Assembly (NCBI GenBank): GCA_000708835.1
Contig: DF237264.1
Span: forward strand, 1 to 64,000
DNA from: Klebsormidium nitens
Lineage: Eukaryota; Plantae; Klebsormidiophyceae
Length of the DNA stretch: 64,000 nt
Direction: 5' to 3'
A model generated the notes under the pieces. The model worked only from the letters and a program-made list of their open reading frames with translations, was not told where the DNA came from and did no database searches. This document shows positions 59,101 through 64,000 of this stretch, in pieces (position 1 is the first letter of the stretch; each line of letters begins with the position of its first letter). A program made the position numbers and the translations under genes.

Positions 59101-62100
59101 TCCCGTCAGAAGGGGGGCCCCCCATCAGCTGGACAACATCTGTTGGCCGGTTAGTACTTATAACGACCGGAATGTCCGGGTTTTGCGGGGGGGTGGTTGG
59201 AAGACCGGTGACAGCGCCCGCAGGGAGAGAAGATGCGGTCGGCGGAAGAGTGGTTTCGGTTAGAGGAAGAGTAGTCGGGTTAGGGGTAAGCGACTCGGTT
59301 GTGACCGGGAGCGAGCCGGTTGGGACCGGGGCGGTGTTTGCTGAACCTGGGGCAGTTGTACCGGGCTCGACGTCAGAAGAGACCGAGGGAACGGTTGGGG
59401 GGTTGGGGGACGTGGTTTCAACCGGGGGCTGCGTGGTGACGTCAGCCAGGGTGGGAACCGGGAGTTGCGTGGCCACGTTTGACGTCAGCAGGAAGGCGGT
59501 GGGCTTGGGCATGGGCGCCGGCGCCGGCGCCGGGGCTGTATCTAGAGTGGGCGAGGAAATGGGGAAACAGCGTCTTAGGCGAGGCCTTCATGGATGAACT
59601 GGGTGGAAGCGAGGCGATTGGGGAGACAGAATTGCTGACCGGGGCACGTGTGGGGCTTTGATCGGAAGATACTGGATTCACCATCTTTGCTTTCGTCAGG
59701 CAATAATACTGCGTCTTGGTGATTTTAATGTATGCTTCTTTGCGTCGTGGATGCTCCCTGTCTGGGATACCACTGATTAGAACAAGCAGGCCGCACTCGT
59801 TTGGGGACGAGTCCGAAGAAGAGAACAGGAGCACGAGCTTTCGAGAAGGATTCAGATCACCGGTGAAACAGCTAGAAGTGCGGGGCTGAGACACGCTCTT
59901 GATCAAGATTATTTACAGTGAGCGGAGTGTTAAACCAACTGCCTAGGAAACCCTTTCTTCAGTTTGAGCATACGGTTAATCAATCATTTTCGGCGACCAC
60001 AAGGCGCGGGCTGCCTCACCGTTGGCCTGGAGCAGCTTTCTCGCAGTCGCCAGACTGACGGAAGTGAATTCGTCCTCGGAGGCGCGTTTCAGGGTATAAT
60101 CCACGGCAGCCTGGAGTTGCGCAAATGTTTCCTCGAAAGCGGAGAACGGATCGGGAGCAACGATAACGTCAGCACCAGTGAGGTCAAGGCAGGAGACGGG
60201 CTCGCCGTTGATCGTGGCGGGGGGGAGCGGGACTGCGGTGAACCTGGGGGAGGGAAAGTGGAGTCCTGTTATGAGATCAAGAAGGTACGAGGCTGCTTCG
60301 TGAAAACCAAGGCTCGCAGGAAGGTATCGAAGTGTGATCGTTTGAATGGTTCTCGTCTGCAAGTTGGCATTTGGAAATGATTGACGCAACAAGTGGAAAA
60401 GCTCGGGCGAATCTTGCAGCCGACAGGATGCAAAGTATATGTACGAAGCATGCCATCGCAACGAACGAATGCTTCACCTCTTTGGAAAGGTGAAACCAGT
60501 AAATCCGAAGAACACCTTCTGAAACGCTCTGTAGATTTGAGGCCCAAGGGGAAAAAAGGGAAGAGAAAATAGCATTTGAGAAATAGGTCAAAATTGAGTG
60601 CGTCAATCATCCTGGAATAGTTTTTGTCTTTCGATCCATCTCACGCTACAGCTCAAAGTTAGACATAGAACCGGGCCCGAAGATTGTCCAGGAAGCTGAC
60701 CCACGGACACGTGGCTCACCCCTTGCCAGCTGGCACCGATTTCATTGTCTGCCACGTGACGGCCGCCCCGTGCTTGAGCGAGTTGTGGTGCAGAAACAGC
60801 GGCGCCCCGTCGGGGTCGTGCTGCACCATGGTGTGCCCGCAGAATCCGCCGGAATCCGTTTCCGCGCCCGCGGCGGCCACCGGCGTCCCGACCATGGCGA
60901 ACGGCGTTCCGGTCGCTCGGAACGCCAGGCGGAACGCCTCCTTGTCGCCGTTGACCAGCTTCTGGAACGGGGGATCCTTCGCGAGGAAAAACGCCAGGTT
61001 GAGAGCCCCCCAGGCGCGGCGTTTATCTACGAGGATCTGCCCCGATTCCTGCTCTTGCCCCCCGGGGGACACCCCCAGGATCGACCAGATCGGGTTTGCG
61101 GTGGCGGTCTGCCAGAAGTCCGGCCAGAAGAGTGCGCCGGAGGTCTGGTACTGGGCGGAACGGAAGAGGGCAGCGGGGTTGGCCACGGGAATGTTGTCGG
61201 CGTCTAGGAAGAGGACCTCCTCGAACGCCGAATGCAGGATTGCAAGAGGTTTCACCTGCAAAAGAAAGGGGAGAGTCTCAATAGGAAAGTTCTTTAGGTT
61301 TTTTGTTTTTTTAAAGAACTAACTTGCATGTGTTTAGGTACTTTTCAAATATCTTGTATGTAAGGGTGTATCAAAAGAGAAAGATGCAGCTGTCAACTTT
61401 GGCTGGAGACTTTGGTTACGATGCACAAGCGGGCCGCAATTGAAGCTCAAGAAAAAATGTGGTCAGGGTTTTAGATCAGAGTGTAAAAATGGTAGTTTAA
61501 GAAGGTCGAAAGAGCAAGATTGCAAAGGGCAAAAGGCTATCCCACCTGGAATGCGCGCTCCCCTTGGCTTGTGACCATGCTCCGAAGATCGTCGTCAGAG
61601 GCATAGTTGGCCACGTTTTTGACTACAAGCTTGACGTACGTGGCCAACAGGGAGCTCACGATGTCAGAAGTGACCTCACCAGGGTACCATAACTGCAGGA
61701 AGGTGCAAGCAGAGCAGGATTGTGGACTCCAACGCAAGGGGCCGATACAACGATCTCTGAGGGAAGGGGGAGGATAAATGAGGTTCTAGAGTGGGGAGAA
61801 TATGTCAGATCCCCCAAGGCAAGGGGTTGATTCAAGTGATCCGTGAAAGACGGCTGAGGACACACATCACATAGAAAGGGAGGAAGGATGATGGATCTCG
61901 AAGTCTGTGGGGGCACAAGAGATCTGTGAGATCGAGGAAAAGGGAAACACCAGAGGCCTTCCAGTAGAGAGAACGGACTGGTATTTCCCAAAGGGAGCCC
62001 AGAAGAGTACAGCTTCCAAAGACGCCCAGAGGGGGGAGAGGATGGAAGGTAGTTTTAAAAAGAAAGGTTTCCAAGACGAAGCTGGCTCGGGGGCGTGTAA

Positions 62101-62619
62101 AAGAGGAACAGCTGCAAAGACGGCCGCACTTTTCATCCTTGAAACATGTGTGCGTAGAATCATGCATTGGGTTATAATAACAAGCTAGTCTTCAGGTGCT
62201 CCCAAGTCGAGAGGCGCAGGGATCGGAGGTTCATAAATATGCAAGAAAGGGAACATATATATTCGAGAATGAAAGCAAAAACGCACCTCCACAGGCAGCG
62301 TAAACCCTTGTGACTGGAGCGTCGTCAGCAGCACCGGCACGTTTACCAGATCCAGCTTGGTCGCCGTAATCACCAGTCCCCGCCCTGCAAACCGTTCCGA
62401 GGGGTACTCTGGAGTCTGGGCGACGGCGGCCTTCCAGGCTGCTGTGAGGGCTGCCGACTCGCTGGAAAGTGCAGCCCAGTGGGGGGAGGAAAGAGCGTGG
62501 AAGTTGCAGTCGATATACTGTTCGCTGGGAATGCAGAGAGCGGTGCTGTGGCGGGGTGCAAAGGCAATGCACAGAAGCGCCAGGGAAAAGGAGGCAAATC
62601 GCGCCAGAGATGCAGCCAT
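47134..62619 (-). CDS. About 2057-aa fusion: signal peptide - GT71 alpha-mannosyltransferase - Pro/Thr mucin-like stalk - Ig-like domains - multipass TRP/Pkd2-like membrane domain
   Basis: 19 exons: 62619-62287, 61692-61546, 61255-60720, 60243-60020, 59541-57647, 57308-57201, 56834-56681, 56016-55709 (GC donor), 55209-55089, 54657-54477, 53968-53811, 53188-53079, 52054-51519, 51262-51060, 50772-50672, 50115-49441, 48804-48691, 48337-48141, 47206-47134. Total 6174 nt; every junction is phase-compatible and there is no internal stop. Confidence 0.8.
52563..52720. mobile_element. Dispersed about 150-bp MITE-like repeat, copy 2
   Basis: Homologous to 9561-9720; located in intron 12 of the fusion gene. 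Confidence 0.55.
54870..55046. mobile_element. MITE-like element with terminal inverted repeats and a telomere-like G-rich core, copy 2
   Basis: tcttcaatttagcaatagtaag ... cttactattcctaaattcaaga form inverted repeats (20/22). The core is near-identical to copy 1, and cttcagcaatagtaag matches the copy 1 arm at 15/16. Confidence 0.7.
57647..59541 (-). CDS. Single 1895-nt exon encoding a Pro/Thr/Gln/Val-rich mucin-like stalk
   Basis: TAG|AT ACA GCC acceptor (phase 1) and CAG|GTGAG donor (phase 0). Iterated TTQTPV and TQAP units, with an internal duplication of VTQAPETTQTP.LTQTPTGSQ at about 58560-58800. Confidence 0.9.
60020..62619 (-). CDS. GT71 (MNN2-like, Mannosyl_trans3) domain exons 1-4 of the fusion gene
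   Basis: GRGLVITA..LPVE|LWY, VKPLAILHSAFEEVLFLDADNIP (DxD), GALFWPDFW, EQESGQILVDK..W..L, GDKEAF.LAF, GHTMVQHDPDG.PLFLHHN are characteristic GT71 motifs. Confidence 0.93.
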
Positions 62620-64000
62620 CACCTGCGAAAGTAGTGGAAGCTTTCTGGGGCCTTGGGGTGATAAATTTTCTTGATCACGGTTTGTGAGGCGAAGTAGACC
62701 GTCGCTTGCAGGCCGGGAGGCTAACTCGAACAGATTGCTTCTCAGCCATTCAAGCATGAACACGCTTTTGATCGATTTGAACTTCCATTGAAGAATCTCT
62801 CAAAGTTCATTGTTTTTTCTTGCAAGAGACGCCAGAGTCTGCATTTGGACGATCAGTTCAAAACCAAAGAGGACCTTTTTCAGCTCGGCGGTCCAAGACT
62901 TGGCAGCCCACCAGATCACAAAGTCGAAACTGGTCGAAGTTATTTTCTGCCCACCCGAGAGCCTGCTTCGAGTCGACTTATGTATGAGCTATCTCTTGCT
63001 AAGATAGCCAAATTCTTCCGTCCCTTGATCTCGCCTCACAAAGGGACAATCTGTGTTGACCGAACACATTTGTGAGGGTAGTTCAAACACGATGGAACAT
63101 GGGTTTTCATAAATGCCCGTGATGCAGCCACATGACACGAGAAAATTACAAACAGTCACTTCCAGGTTTGTGGGCCAGAACTGCGCCTTGATTCAAGGGA
63201 TCCCAGTTACGTGATTAGACCGTGCCCACCTTGTCAAGCAATGCTTTGACTATCATCTACTCAATGAGAGCGACTGGAGTCCGCTTAGGCGGACCTGCTT
63301 TTGTGAAAGCAGCATGATTGGTCCTCTTCTTGACTCCGAGAACTCTATATCTCGATTTGCGTTCTCTGAGACTCCTCTTCTTGACTTTTGGAAGATAAAT
63401 GCACACAAGTAGTCAAAAAGGATCTACAGGCAGGGCTTTTTTGGGCGTGTCTGGGCGTTCAAGAGCTTTTCTTGTAGCTTTCATCCCCAAGAAATCCTCT
63501 GGTCGAACAAAGTCTTCAATATTGCGGGCCCAAGAAGAAGCCCCACAGTGAGTTTGATGAAGCAACTGTGATGGTGTGAGAATCTTCACAGCCACCGAAC
63601 GGTCTGTAGCCCGCCCCCATTGATATCGAGCAGACCTGTAGGATTTGTGCTTGAAGAAAGCACAAAAATGATTGCAGTATCTGTTTCTCAGATCACAAAA
63701 CCAAACCCATGCTTCACCTGCATAATAACTTTGATATGTGCCAGAGAAAGTTCCTCTTGTACTTGGTCTCTTGAACATTTGTGCAAAACGTTTGGCTATC
63801 CGATCAGACTTGCGGGCTTCTGTTCTATATAGAAACAGCTGAAATAAGCAAGTATCTTCACAAAAGATGCTGAAAGGAAAGGAATGTTGTCAGGGATCCC
63901 CCCTCACAGCATCAATTAATCTTGACGTTTGAGTCGCAAGGCGAAGAGATGAAAAGTTCTTTGTTGACGATTCAACGTATTTTTTAGGATCTTGCTCCAC

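Noticed and set aside
58857-59597. 246-aa Gly/Val-rich plus-strand ORF (also 57717-58106 and 58218-58538)
   Set aside because: Antisense shadow of the mucin exon.
63413-63778. ORF containing kinase-like VAVKIL
   Set aside because: No glycine-rich loop or other kinase subdomains, and no supported splice model in the window.

Overview
Eukaryotic, intron-rich genomic DNA with one assembly gap (10685-11340). The gene content and intron style suggest a Klebsormidium-like streptophyte alga (inference). I rebuilt spliced models by hand with splice-phase checks. (1) A 19-exon minus-strand gene (62619-47134, about 2057 aa) joins a signal peptide, a GT71/MNN2-type alpha-mannosyltransferase, an RKLL motif, a long Pro/Thr mucin-like stalk, Ig-like domains and a TRP/Pkd2-like multipass membrane domain. 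(2) An inverted paralog of its C-terminal half (about 137-10157) carries frame lesions. (3) The other genes are a small secreted NTF2-like protein, a PH-like protein, DEX1, squalene epoxidase and a PC-esterase/SGNH type II membrane protein. Two signals stand out. One is the enzyme-stalk-Ig-channel-like fusion. The other is about 25 degenerate copies ('echoes') of exon edges sitting in the adjacent introns or 3' UTR; in the four I aligned codon by codon, differences from the real exon are mostly synonymous. Several small MITE-like elements are present, including a family with telomere-like G-quadruplex motifs. No rRNA, tRNA or CRISPR array is supported.
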